This document shows, piece by piece, positions 17,101-25,430 of a stretch of 42,190 nucleotides of DNA. The notes beneath the pieces are model-generated. The model made no database searches. It was given only the letters and a program-made list of their open reading frames with translations, and was not told the origin of the DNA. The stretch is from a virus (lineage: Duplodnaviria; Caudoviricetes), in IMG/VR virus record IMGVR_UViG_3300032212_000041, positions 1 through 42,190 of that record; one strand, given 5' to 3'. The translations under genes and the position numbers were made by a program. Numbering within the stretch: the stretch's first letter is position 1; each line of letters starts with the position of its first letter.

Positions 17101-18687
17101 ATATCTGTCGCGCAGTCGTTGCAATATGCGCTTTGCTACAGATTCCGTATGCAATGAGCCGTGCAAACCTCTAAACCGCAACTTGATAGGGTTTGCATCT
17201 TGATGTATACCAATTGAAGTGGCATCAACAAACGTTGTCGGGCGCGTGTAGTCTTCGCGGACTTCTGACCAGTTCCAGTCCATTTCAAACTGGTTTGCTA
17301 CTGCTTTGTGGTTATAATTTATGGCTAGAGATGAATCACGACGGATATTAGTTTCATTTAGCTCTGCAACATAAGCCGCATCTGATAAGACGCCGGTCAT
17401 ACGTTTTAAACCAACGTCACCCGCTGCGTAAATCGGCATAAAGCAACCGATTAACGGTAATATTTCTTTTTCTATAAATTGTTTACCGTCCTGTTTTTTA
17501 ACGCCTGCAATACGGACTTTAAGTCCGGTGTTTACATTGGAAACGCTGTTGTTCCACAGGTCGTTACCGATTCCAGTGAAGTCTGAGTTTTTAACCCAGA
17601 GAGTATCCATCCCCAAATGCCATCGCGCAGGAAAGTTTGTGGACGTAGGATTGTTGTATAATGTACCAAGCAACAAACCATAAATAACCTTGACGGCATT
17701 GGTTTCAATATAAACGTATTCTTCTATTTTTGGTCGCTTGTCAGCAGCTTTCGATGTGTCAACTTCATGCACTGCCGAGCGCGTATTTAACGCACCGCGC
17801 AGACAATTAGTAAACGTTGTTGATGTTTTGCCTTTGTATCGAAATATCTCTTTGTCTATTTTAAAATACCCAACAGTCAAATCGGGCGCGTCGGTATAGT
17901 TGGCATCGTGTTCCAACATTTCAAAATCTGAGGTGTCATACACCGTAACGGTGTACATGGTTTGTGACACACGCGCATCAACCAAATGCGTGGCTGCTGT
18001 TGAGTCATTAGTACCACGCGAACAACCAGTGAAGGTATTTGAGGTTTTGCCAGTATAGGTGATGATTTCAAAATTAATTAAAAGCGCACCAGAACTAGCA
18101 AAGCCGGTGGTGTCATCCACTGGAATGGTGGCAAAGCCGGTTGTTGTAGTGATTGCCGCACTCAGCGCGGTTTCTGGCGGATCTTCTACCGTGGTTTGCA
18201 GGTTTGTTTCCGCTAGATCAAAAATCTCTTTTTTAACGATTCGCTGAATATCATTACAAGTAAGTTTATAAGAAACATTCCCGCTAATCATTCCGGTGAT
18301 GATTTGCGTTTGGATTAATTCGTAGTCCGACCAATCCAAGCCCGGAAATCCCATGTAAACCCGCACACGCTTTTCACGCAGCCCTTTGTCAGCGTCCAGC
18401 TTTGCATTAAATAGTGCAGTAACAGTGGCGTTTTTATCAACTAATTCGAAATTGATGTTACCAACCGAAGAGACAAATTTTAGGGGGTCAATGCGCTGTG
18501 ATGTGCCCGAGATATTTTTAACAACACCGTCAATGACACTTGCACCAACCGGGTGCTGGGCTTCGCTTGATGAGGTGAAATATTCTAGGTCTGTAAAAGC
18601 CGTGTCAAAAGCAATTTCAACGGTAAATAACGGCTGCTTGAATGAGGCACTATTGGCCAGCAAAAACCTATCGTTAAACGCTCTCAT
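14197..18687 (-). CDS. tail tip / host-specificity protein (hub, Gly-rich region, FN3 domains, C-terminal lectin-like domain)
   Basis: 1496 aa after the TMP and distal tail gene; PTGLSA...LSWTAS and VIQWTNPSDADL FN3 motifs. Confidence 0.85.
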   Translation of the reverse strand: MRAFNDRFLLANSASFKQPLFTVEIAFDTAFTDLEYFTSSSEAQHPVGASVIDGVVKNISGTSQRIDPLKFVSSVGNINFELVDKNATVTALFNAKLDADKGLREKRVRVYMGFPGLDWSDYELIQTQIITGMISGNVSYKLTCNDIQRIVKKEIFDLAETNLQTTVEDPPETALSAAITTTTGFATIPVDDTTGFASSGALLINFEIITYTGKTSNTFTGCSRGTNDSTAATHLVDARVSQTMYTVTVYDTSDFEMLEHDANYTDAPDLTVGYFKIDKEIFRYKGKTSTTFTNCLRGALNTRSAVHEVDTSKAADKRPKIEEYVYIETNAVKVIYGLLLGTLYNNPTSTNFPARWHLGMDTLWVKNSDFTGIGNDLWNNSVSNVNTGLKVRIAGVKKQDGKQFIEKEILPLIGCFMPIYAAGDVGLKRMTGVLSDAAYVAELNETNIRRDSSLAINYNHKAVANQFEMDWNWSEVREDYTRPTTFVDATSIGIHQDANPIKLRFRGLHGSLHTESVAKRILQRLRDRYAAPPAEMTIKCMPHLNSLEVGDIVRVNYSKIREHTSDNETLDKSFEVQQRTVNWQSGEVLLKLFGSTVKPGVSVLTNSSTVLADAYYTSQGGTNVNTLTNYSANAITADETLAGGNLMSGGIWYFDGDLTINAGVTLTINKNVWLLVKGHLTINGTINGAGQGSSGAVSTVVGIEAGTNNYLSAPVPPGRIHGSENWSGETAFSSPPDWQTVVTKEKYSLENFEIDYDGTNLNGLPTNLMGSSGDTGSAAFLVDGGYFFNGEGAVILDSAIGGNGGASGAGLMIISRGGSFGVNGSINISGGNGAASGDSVLYKSAYTLNASSGGPGAPGCLLWLMDGGSVTIPSINDKLTANTGISPVVGTPTRQFFGSSTPPPASNYSFYTGITTAQNMSNSAGRIQFITDNVSEGADDNEHVPEGPTGLSASSSDPTDLLTLKDGTVISRIKLSWTASTDQNVDHYVIQYTESGSGEKPRIIEDKPPRDATSAYIYPVVDGVKYFIIIKAVNTFGNFSYFKSITHTVVGKEASPSDPTGVTLTTDSANGVVIQWTNPSDADLKYIEIFQDTTSPTDPADSIGKFPSGKPGTVQKYNIPGIGAEVDVYIKIKAIDSTGNESNLVASTPTNVTTTGITASSVDFADVTGATKPDDNADVTSANQAASIAGQGALATQNTADYGSDVSGTKPPTNADNTTTAVEAGITPTTGSITNGSKIDIDFANGELNINSATWQASGIQLQYNSGTPRLYVGDGLDKFMQFDTDFKLGRDSKLLGADAYNNDGIYWHTYYDTLDGFNTYTNGGGSSVVVDGGLELTCGTNTNDEARAQRDIGIYALTETSFSKNSRFKSKIRGFNGTYYEVFIGVGALTNQHYGFSSRPSVNGNIWAECEQATTSTKIDTGVSWASASSFKLEAVFTSGTNVKFYVDGVLKATISTNLPNASNPYPISFYIKNYDGTGGAFTMLSSEYKYQQDE

Positions 18688-19088
18688 GAGATTTTTCGCG
18701 CCGTAAATGACACGCGATGATCACCTAAACGACTGACCGGCGTAATTCTTGGCTTACCGACCATGATATACGTTTGCGCATCATCAGGGCTTGCAATAGT
18801 GCCGTAAGGATCAAAAGTGAAACTTTCACCACCAATAATCGAGGCTAAGAATTCGTACCAGTAATCCGACGTTAAGTTGGTGCGAGCAATAAGTCGTGAT
18901 GTGAATACTATTAAGTCGTCATCATTATGATAATTCGTTTCTTGATCACCATTCAGGGCAATGGCCTCATCTTTTTGCACGTCCCATGAGGGCAAGATAC
19001 TATACGCGCTAATATCTCGACTGATCGTATCATTTAACGTGTGATCGGCGTGTACACGACGAATGGCGATGTATTCAATTGATGGCAT
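18684..19088 (-). CDS. putative distal tail protein
   Basis: Size and position between the TMP and hub; ESFTFDPYG. Confidence 0.65.
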   Translation of the reverse strand: MPSIEYIAIRRVHADHTLNDTISRDISAYSILPSWDVQKDEAIALNGDQETNYHNDDDLIVFTSRLIARTNLTSDYWYEFLASIIGGESFTFDPYGTIASPDDAQTYIMVGKPRITPVSRLGDHRVSFTARKIS

Positions 19089-19102
19089 AATATTCCGGGC
19101 AT

Positions 19103-19136
19103 AAAAAAACCCGCGACGGTTTCCCGTGCGGGTTTT
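19103..19136 (-). terminator. intrinsic terminator after the tail moron
   Basis: AAAACCCGCACGGGAAACCGTCGCGGGTTTTTTT. Confidence 0.8.
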
Positions 19137-19159
19137 GGTTTATTGTTTAGTTTATTGGT

Positions 19160-19432
19160 TTACGGGGTTACGTTGTTGAAATATTGCAGTATTGTTCCAG
19201 TGACACCAGTCAATGTCAGAATTAACGCGATGATCAAGTTTATGATGATAATTGCCGGAATCATGGCAAAAATTACCTTTACCATGACACATATCCAGCG
19301 CCAGAAACTCAGATCAATATCAACAACTTTAACTTTTACTATTTTTGGTTTTTCTTCATACGGTTGATGCTCACCCGCCCTATCATTTATCACTGCTAAA
19401 TCGTCATTTTCCATTATTCGCCCTTTTTTCAT
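19160..19432 (-). CDS. membrane moron protein within the tail operon
   Basis: VKVVDIDLSFWRW.. followed by a long hydrophobic helix; own terminator. Confidence 0.75.
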   Translation of the reverse strand: MKKGRIMENDDLAVINDRAGEHQPYEEKPKIVKVKVVDIDLSFWRWICVMVKVIFAMIPAIIIINLIIALILTLTGVTGTILQYFNNVTP

Positions 19433-19476
19433 TTTTAGTATTATGGGTATAACAGGTCAGGCGACATTTCGCAATA

Positions 19477-20997
19477 TTAGGCGCTGATTATTCGCTCGTA
19501 ACCATTTTCCGTTTTAATATTAAGCGTGTCATTATCAATGGCAATTGGCGTACCTATCGACACAATGCTTGCCGCAACTTGACCATCCACAACCAGATTA
19601 ACGGTGATTTCTTGTTTGCTTTCCGTCTGCGTTTGCAAGTCTTGATTTTGCACTTCCTCAATGGGATCTGGATTAATCGACGCAGCAGCGCTCACCGGAC
19701 TAGTACTGCTTGAGCCGGGCGATGTACCAATGATTGTGGCAATTTGCGCGGCACCTGCAGCACCTACTGCAAACGCTAAAGGGAAATTAGGTAGAGCTTT
19801 TGTAACCGCCTTAGCAGTGTTGATGCCGGCCTCTGCGACAGCAAACGCTTTGTTAGCCAAGAACGCAACCTTACCCTCTTTGGCAATAATTTTTGTTAGG
19901 TTTTTAAATCCGCTGGCAATATTGGCATACTTTGAAAACTCTAACTCACGCTCCTTATCCACCCGCTCTTTGTTCATTTTTATAATAGTCGCGTTATATT
20001 TTGCGGTGAGTTTCTTTTGCATTTCATTGCGTTTTTCAGTGTCAGACACCTCTCTCTGCAAAATATCAAAACGATTGGCGTAGGCTTCAAACTCTCGCTC
20101 TTGTTTTGACATTAAAAATTCTTCAACGCTTTCAAGTTCTCTATTTTTAAATTCGGTTAGCTCACTTTGTCCTGCAGGTTTAAAGTTAACGTCAATATCA
20201 ATCGGATCAATAATCCCGGCACTCTGCAGCCAGTCATACAAGCCGCGCACTTTATCCTTGAACCACACTACAAGACTGGTAATTTGCTCAGATACCCATT
20301 TGATGGCAGGGGAAAATATAAGCGATATCGCATTACCTAAACCCACAAAGGATTGCCCCATGTTATGCACCGAATCATTAGCCGCTTCAAATTGCGCCAA
20401 ATCGGTTCTGGACAAGGCCGTACCAAAGCGCTCTGTTTGCTCCGCTGCTTCGCGCATGGCTTCCGACCCTTGATCTATCAAAGGTAACAAGTTACGCGCC
20501 TCATCGCCCATTAGGGCAGATATAGCGGCCATTTGCTCACCCCGAGTGTTTAATCCTTTTATCGCATCTGAATAAGTCGCAAACAATTCACCTGGACTTT
20601 GGCTTTTTAATTCTGCAATATCAAAATTAAATTTCTTTAACCACTGCGCAGCCGCACCACCACCATTGGCCGCAAACTCACCTAAGCGTTTCTCTGCTTT
20701 TACCAGCGATTCGGTCATTGTCCCTAGACCGGCATTCGTATAAAGCTGTGTGGCCTGATTGAGTGCCGCCAGTTCTTTGGTGTTGATTTGCAACTTGTCA
20801 GACTGTTTTGCTAACGCATCACCTGCCGCCAGTGATTTGCTAACGAGCGCACCGATACCCGCCGCACCAACCAATATTGCAATTTTTCCTTGCATGCTAG
20901 CGAGGCTTTTACCTGCCGCGCCAATGCGTTTTGAAAAGGAATCAAAAGCAGCTTTGGTGCGATCTTTGGCGGTGAGTTCCGTGCGTGATTCAGTCAT
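19477..20997 (-). CDS. tape measure protein
   Basis: ELTAKDRTKAAF N-terminus; Ala/Gly-rich helical sequence; follows the chaperone genes. Confidence 0.92.
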   Translation of the reverse strand: MTESRTELTAKDRTKAAFDSFSKRIGAAGKSLASMQGKIAILVGAAGIGALVSKSLAAGDALAKQSDKLQINTKELAALNQATQLYTNAGLGTMTESLVKAEKRLGEFAANGGGAAAQWLKKFNFDIAELKSQSPGELFATYSDAIKGLNTRGEQMAAISALMGDEARNLLPLIDQGSEAMREAAEQTERFGTALSRTDLAQFEAANDSVHNMGQSFVGLGNAISLIFSPAIKWVSEQITSLVVWFKDKVRGLYDWLQSAGIIDPIDIDVNFKPAGQSELTEFKNRELESVEEFLMSKQEREFEAYANRFDILQREVSDTEKRNEMQKKLTAKYNATIIKMNKERVDKERELEFSKYANIASGFKNLTKIIAKEGKVAFLANKAFAVAEAGINTAKAVTKALPNFPLAFAVGAAGAAQIATIIGTSPGSSSTSPVSAAASINPDPIEEVQNQDLQTQTESKQEITVNLVVDGQVAASIVSIGTPIAIDNDTLNIKTENGYERIISA

Positions 20998-21130
20998 TAT
21001 TTTTCATCAACTTTATGTAAGCTTTCCAACCTTCAAACTCGGATACAGTCATTTTTAACACCTGACTAATCGACATATTTAAACGATCAGCCACGGCGTA
21101 ATAATCCATTAGCTCTGTATCCTCTATGAG
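20990..21130 (-). CDS. -1 frameshift extension (gpT-like) of the tail assembly chaperone
   Basis: LIEDTELMDYYAVADRLNMSISQVLKMTVSEFEGWKAYIKLMKNND after the slippery heptamer A AAA AAC (21136-21130). Confidence 0.8.
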   Translation of the reverse strand, partial: LIEDTELMDYYAVADRLNMSISQVLKMTVSEFEGWKAYIKLMKNND

Positions 21131-21477
21131 TTTTTTTCCGCGTCCATCTCATCGTCTTCACCCGCCGCCATTTCTGCGACAATGTATTGGATAACATCCG
21201 GGTCAACGGATTTCATCAGCTCTGTCATGTGAACCTTTCTGAACATTGGGCTTTCATCTTCTTTGAGGGCGCGTTCAATTAAGGTTTGGGCGATGAATTT
21301 TAAATTACCATCTTTCAGATAACTATAAATCCGATTTCGCTGTTCAAGTGTTGAGGGTTTATAGTAGATCTTTAATGGCTTATCTTCCTCACCCCATTCA
21401 GGACAGGAGACATATTCCATGTCCGCAGACAATCGATCACGAAAATGCGTTTTTGCTCTTTGTAAAATCTCGCTCAT
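21124..21477 (-). CDS. tail assembly chaperone (gpG-like)
   Basis: Position; CPEWG motif; ends EKNS at the slippery site. Confidence 0.85.
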   Translation of the reverse strand: MSEILQRAKTHFRDRLSADMEYVSCPEWGEEDKPLKIYYKPSTLEQRNRIYSYLKDGNLKFIAQTLIERALKEDESPMFRKVHMTELMKSVDPDVIQYIVAEMAAGEDDEMDAEKNS

Positions 21478-21478
21478 A

Positions 21479-21871
21479 TTACACCACCGTTGCTTCTGTT
21501 AACGCACCACTACCCTGACAAGTAAATGTCGCACCAACTATTGAACCACGCGCCCAACTACGAGAAATTCCCGTAATACTTGCCGTGCCCGTGAAGTGAG
21601 TATCACCACTGGCCTCGCCATTACCATACAAATCCAGTGAAACAGAATTACCAATCGCCATCGCCTGCTGACCGTTGGTGTCCGATGGGTCCCACCACGC
21701 CTCAAAGGAACAATTCCAATTTTGCGGACCCGCCTTGTGCGTATCCCAGGTATCATTCAATCCCGAATCATCAATGGGCGACATGGCTTCATCAAGGCTA
21801 AACCCGGTAATTTCAGCCACTGTATTGGCACCGACTTTTACAATCCCCTCTTTTCCTGTGTGCGTTGTCAT
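21479..21871 (-). CDS. major tail tube protein
   Basis: GKEGIVKVGANTVAEITGFSL...FTCQGSGALT. Confidence 0.85.
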   Translation of the reverse strand: MTTHTGKEGIVKVGANTVAEITGFSLDEAMSPIDDSGLNDTWDTHKAGPQNWNCSFEAWWDPSDTNGQQAMAIGNSVSLDLYGNGEASGDTHFTGTASITGISRSWARGSIVGATFTCQGSGALTEATVV

Positions 21872-22026
21872 TTATTCTGCTCCTCGTTTTCTGGTTGCGG
21901 TTGATGATTTACTGCCTTTACTTCTTCGGCGGTTGTCCAACCGCGATTTAACATGGTTTGCAAACTACCCGGCGTGACGTTTGCGGTTTGTTTCCCATCT
22001 GGACTTTTCATCGGTATCATTTTCAT
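21868..22026 (-). CDS. 52-aa hypothetical protein
   Basis: MKMIPMKSPDGKQTANVTPGSLQTMLNRGW...; ATGA overlaps at both ends. Confidence 0.6.
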   Translation of the reverse strand: MKMIPMKSPDGKQTANVTPGSLQTMLNRGWTTAEEVKAVNHQPQPENEEQNK

Positions 22027-22457
22027 GTGACCACCTCCGGTGCGTTTTCTTTAGTGCGATATTCGGCGCGCCACGTCATACGAGCCACGCCTGTTTCGAT
22101 ATTACTTTCTGCGCTCATTTCTATTTCGATGTTTGTTAGAATTAATTCACGAACCAAACCTGACAACGTGGAGCCACCCATAACGATTTCAACTTCGGCA
22201 ATAATCTTGTCTAACTCATCATCTAACGTGTCATTTTTTGCCACAACCGCTTCGACAACAATATTTAGTACACGCATTAAGTCACATGGACTGCTTAAAT
22301 TATCGGGTTCGATGTCTTCTTCATTGGTGTAGATTCGTAATGCGGGTAAAGTTTTTAATGTGTAACTTCTTGACGCATGCACTTGTGATCCGGTTGTTGT
22401 TAATCCGGTGATTAGGGCTTTTCCTGCATCACGGATTTGCTTTCGCGCATGTGTCAT
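22023..22457 (-). CDS. tail terminator protein
   Basis: MTHARKQIRDA...LPALRIY...DELDKI; position. Confidence 0.75.
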   Translation of the reverse strand: MTHARKQIRDAGKALITGLTTTGSQVHASRSYTLKTLPALRIYTNEEDIEPDNLSSPCDLMRVLNIVVEAVVAKNDTLDDELDKIIAEVEIVMGGSTLSGLVRELILTNIEIEMSAESNIETGVARMTWRAEYRTKENAPEVVT

Positions 22458-22772
22458 TTATTGTTCCTGTAAAATCAATTGGACGGTGCTTTGTGAGTCG
22501 CTTGGTTGCCAATCCATTATTTTGTACTCGATACTATTTGCCGTTACTCTGGCACCCTCTGCAATGTCCGCCACTTCTGACAAAGCGCAAACGATGTGCG
22601 GATAATCACCCTGCACACCTGCTGTTTCTACATAACCACGGCTAAATTGACCGTTAATTTTTCTTGTTTTGCTTGACGGATGAGGATAGCTCGGTGGTGT
22701 ATATTTAAATTCAATAGCAAAATCATCAGTGTCGAAAAATAGTGCCAAATCGTCGGTATCTTCTATCGCCAT
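22458..22772 (-). CDS. head-tail joining protein (gpFII-like)
   Basis: FFDTDDFA N-terminus; position. Confidence 0.75.
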   Translation of the reverse strand: MAIEDTDDLALFFDTDDFAIEFKYTPPSYPHPSSKTRKINGQFSRGYVETAGVQGDYPHIVCALSEVADIAEGARVTANSIEYKIMDWQPSDSQSTVQLILQEQ

Positions 22773-22802
22773 AAATAAAAAGGGCCGATTTCTCGACCCT
22801 TT
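22773..22802 (-). terminator. intrinsic terminator after the head genes
   Basis: AAAGGGTCGAGAAATCGGCCCTTTTTATTT. Confidence 0.65.
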
Positions 22803-22823
22803 CCTTTGCTGTTTTTATTTATA

Positions 22824-23210
22824 TTATGCAGTTAACGTTGAAGGAACACCTGTCAACCAAACGCGGCATGTGGTTTCAGCGTCCGCACCTGCCGCCTCTG
22901 CGCGACTTGCGCCACCGGAAACATCGCCACTTGCTGCCGTTGCCTGATTATCATCAAAGGCGCTCGCACTGAAATCCCATGTTAATGATTCACCTTGTGC
23001 AAATACCGCTGCAGATACTTTTGCCGCTTCCACTTCGCAGTCATAACCCACACTGCCACTGGCACCATTGGCAATATCAACCAGAGCAATTGCTAAAAAT
23101 GCATCGGACGTTGATCCGACCACCACAATATCACCGGATGAAATCGCTGATCCTGCGTTGGTATAGGTTGCAACCTTCATGTGGTTACCATTTTTCACTT
23201 TTGTCGTCAT
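22824..23210 (-). CDS. DUF2190-family capsid decoration/cement protein
   Basis: AISSGDIVVVG...IALVDIANGASG...; follows the capsid gene. Confidence 0.8.
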   Translation of the reverse strand: MTTKVKNGNHMKVATYTNAGSAISSGDIVVVGSTSDAFLAIALVDIANGASGSVGYDCEVEAAKVSAAVFAQGESLTWDFSASAFDDNQATAASGDVSGGASRAEAAGADAETTCRVWLTGVPSTLTA

Positions 23211-23276
23211 TTTATTTTCCTCAATATTTTGTCAATATTGGCCGCCCGGAGGCGACCGCTATTCATGCATTAAAGC

Positions 23277-25430
23277 TTAAGCGCCTGCGTTGGTAACTGC
23301 ACCGCGATAATCAATCGCACCCACACCAAAATCACCGCGAACTTTAAGCTCTGCACCGTCAACACTCCAGCCGTCTTTGGTTTCAATGTAAGGTTCTTGG
23401 ATACCATCCAGAAAAGCGACCTCAATGACCGGCGCATCGTTTGGATCAGCAAACATATAACGTCGTGTACCTGTTAGACGTGGTGTATCAATGATGTCGC
23501 TAAACAAACCACGAACCGTATTTGGTTTTTGTAATTTGTTCGAAGTGTCTGGATCGTATTGCGCGTCATTAATAGATCGCGCAGTACCACCCAAACCAAC
23601 AGGTAGCAATAATCCAGCAGGACGAATATCAAGAAAGTCATTGCCGCTAACGTCCGTTTGCTTCGCCATGAGTACGCGATCAGCATCTATAGCCGCCATA
23701 GCGATGGCCGCACCAGTACCAATGTTGCCATGGTTAGCATGAAACAATGTGTCACCGTCGCCCATTGTTGGGCCTAATCCACTATTTTCCGCTAATAACG
23801 AATAAACTGCCGCTTCAATGGTTCGGCGATAAGCTCGGCCAAACATTTGTGCTAAATCAGTCAACGCTTGAAGATCATCATTGATGATAGCCTCACGCGT
23901 AATAGCAATGATGTTGCCTTTGGTGGTGGCTGTAATACTGCCTTTTTCACCATCAGGGATCGTTTTCGTTTTCAACTCGCCATGCTGACCCAATGTATCG
24001 AGATTACCAATTGAACCCACGCGATATCGATTATGGGCACGGAAATCCGAAACAGAGCCAATTTTACAGAAACGCGACCAAGTATCTGGTGCAGTCATAT
24101 AGGCTTGTAGCAATATTTTGTGAATGGTATTTTCAAGCAATACCGGGAAATCACTAGTGGTTTGAAATGCCGTTGCAACCACCTCACGCTTATCCATACC
24201 GTTTGGATTTTTACCAGCACGTTTAATAGACGCTTTTGCTAAATCCATTAGGGTGCTGCCACGATATGGATTGCCGCTTAAATCAATCGCCAATGGCTGG
24301 ATATTATTACCACGCATGTTTTGCGCGCCTGCACGCACAATAAGCACATCCATTGCTGCATTGATTTGCTTATCACTTTCGTCTTCAATTACTTCCGCTT
24401 TGGGATTTGTTGCCAAGGGTTCTGCTCCTTTACCTAAATGCGCAAGTAATTTATCACTTGCTGCCGATGGATCGATATTGTCGTCATCAATACATTTGTC
24501 CAATAACGCCTGAACACCTTCCCGTCCCATATGCAACGAAAATGATGAGCGAATGCTAGACACACGTGCTCGATTTGCTGCAAGCACCTCTGCCTCTGAT
24601 CGAGCCTTTGGCTCTACCACAGGATCTGTCACGGGTTCAGATACGACAGGTACAGCAGGATCTGCTGAGGTCGCCACGGTTTTTTTGACTTTTTTAGTCA
24701 TAGTTTTCTCCTTTGGAGGTTGAGTTATGGCGACGACCGCCGCCGGTTTGAAATCTTCGGGTAATGCGTTAAGTTTGGGCGCTGAGGCATTGAGTTTTGA
24801 TCCAATAAACCGTGATTTATCAAAGCCTGCAGCGACTGCCATTTGCTCTTCGATAATTTCATCGACAAAACCAAAATCCACCGCTTCTTCTGCGGTGTAC
24901 CAATGATCCTCGCCATCGGTTAGTAGATCCATAATCGTTTCGGAACTTTGCCCGGTTTTACGCATGTATGAGCTAGACATGGCTTTTGCATAGGTATCTA
25001 ACACGTCTGCATATTCGCGCATTTCTTTGGAGTTACCTGCAAGCCCACCCCATGGCGCATGCACCATGAATAATGCGTTTTCTGCCATTTCTACCGTATC
25101 ACCCGCCATAGCAATTAATGACGCAATAGAAACGGCCACACCATCAATGCGCACGTTGATAGCTGCTGGGTGATATCGTAAGGCGTTGAATATAGCCACT
25201 CCGTCAGAGACTGAGCCGCCATAACTGTTAATGCGCACGGTGATGGTTTCAACGTCTAATGCGGAAAGCTGCTCGGCAGTGTCTTTTGCTTCGACACTTT
25301 CACCCCACCAGCTTTCGCCGATATCGCCATAGACTAATAATTCAGCCTCTGACTCACCCGCCGCACGAATTTCGTAAGTATTACCTTTCTGTTTAACTGG
25401 TTTCTTTTTTGCCATCGTCGTTTTCCTCAT
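23277..25430 (-). CDS. ClpP-like prohead protease / major capsid protein fusion
   Basis: INSYGGSV, DGVAVSIASLIAMAGD, MVHAPW; C-terminal TSDFP..L...DFGVGAIDYRG. Confidence 0.93.
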   Translation of the reverse strand: MRKTTMAKKKPVKQKGNTYEIRAAGESEAELLVYGDIGESWWGESVEAKDTAEQLSALDVETITVRINSYGGSVSDGVAIFNALRYHPAAINVRIDGVAVSIASLIAMAGDTVEMAENALFMVHAPWGGLAGNSKEMREYADVLDTYAKAMSSSYMRKTGQSSETIMDLLTDGEDHWYTAEEAVDFGFVDEIIEEQMAVAAGFDKSRFIGSKLNASAPKLNALPEDFKPAAVVAITQPPKEKTMTKKVKKTVATSADPAVPVVSEPVTDPVVEPKARSEAEVLAANRARVSSIRSSFSLHMGREGVQALLDKCIDDDNIDPSAASDKLLAHLGKGAEPLATNPKAEVIEDESDKQINAAMDVLIVRAGAQNMRGNNIQPLAIDLSGNPYRGSTLMDLAKASIKRAGKNPNGMDKREVVATAFQTTSDFPVLLENTIHKILLQAYMTAPDTWSRFCKIGSVSDFRAHNRYRVGSIGNLDTLGQHGELKTKTIPDGEKGSITATTKGNIIAITREAIINDDLQALTDLAQMFGRAYRRTIEAAVYSLLAENSGLGPTMGDGDTLFHANHGNIGTGAAIAMAAIDADRVLMAKQTDVSGNDFLDIRPAGLLLPVGLGGTARSINDAQYDPDTSNKLQKPNTVRGLFSDIIDTPRLTGTRRYMFADPNDAPVIEVAFLDGIQEPYIETKDGWSVDGAELKVRGDFGVGAIDYRGAVTNAGA

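Noticed and set aside
23277-25430. Protease-capsid fusion as a novelty
   Set aside because: Known arrangement in Gifsy-2-like lambdoid phages
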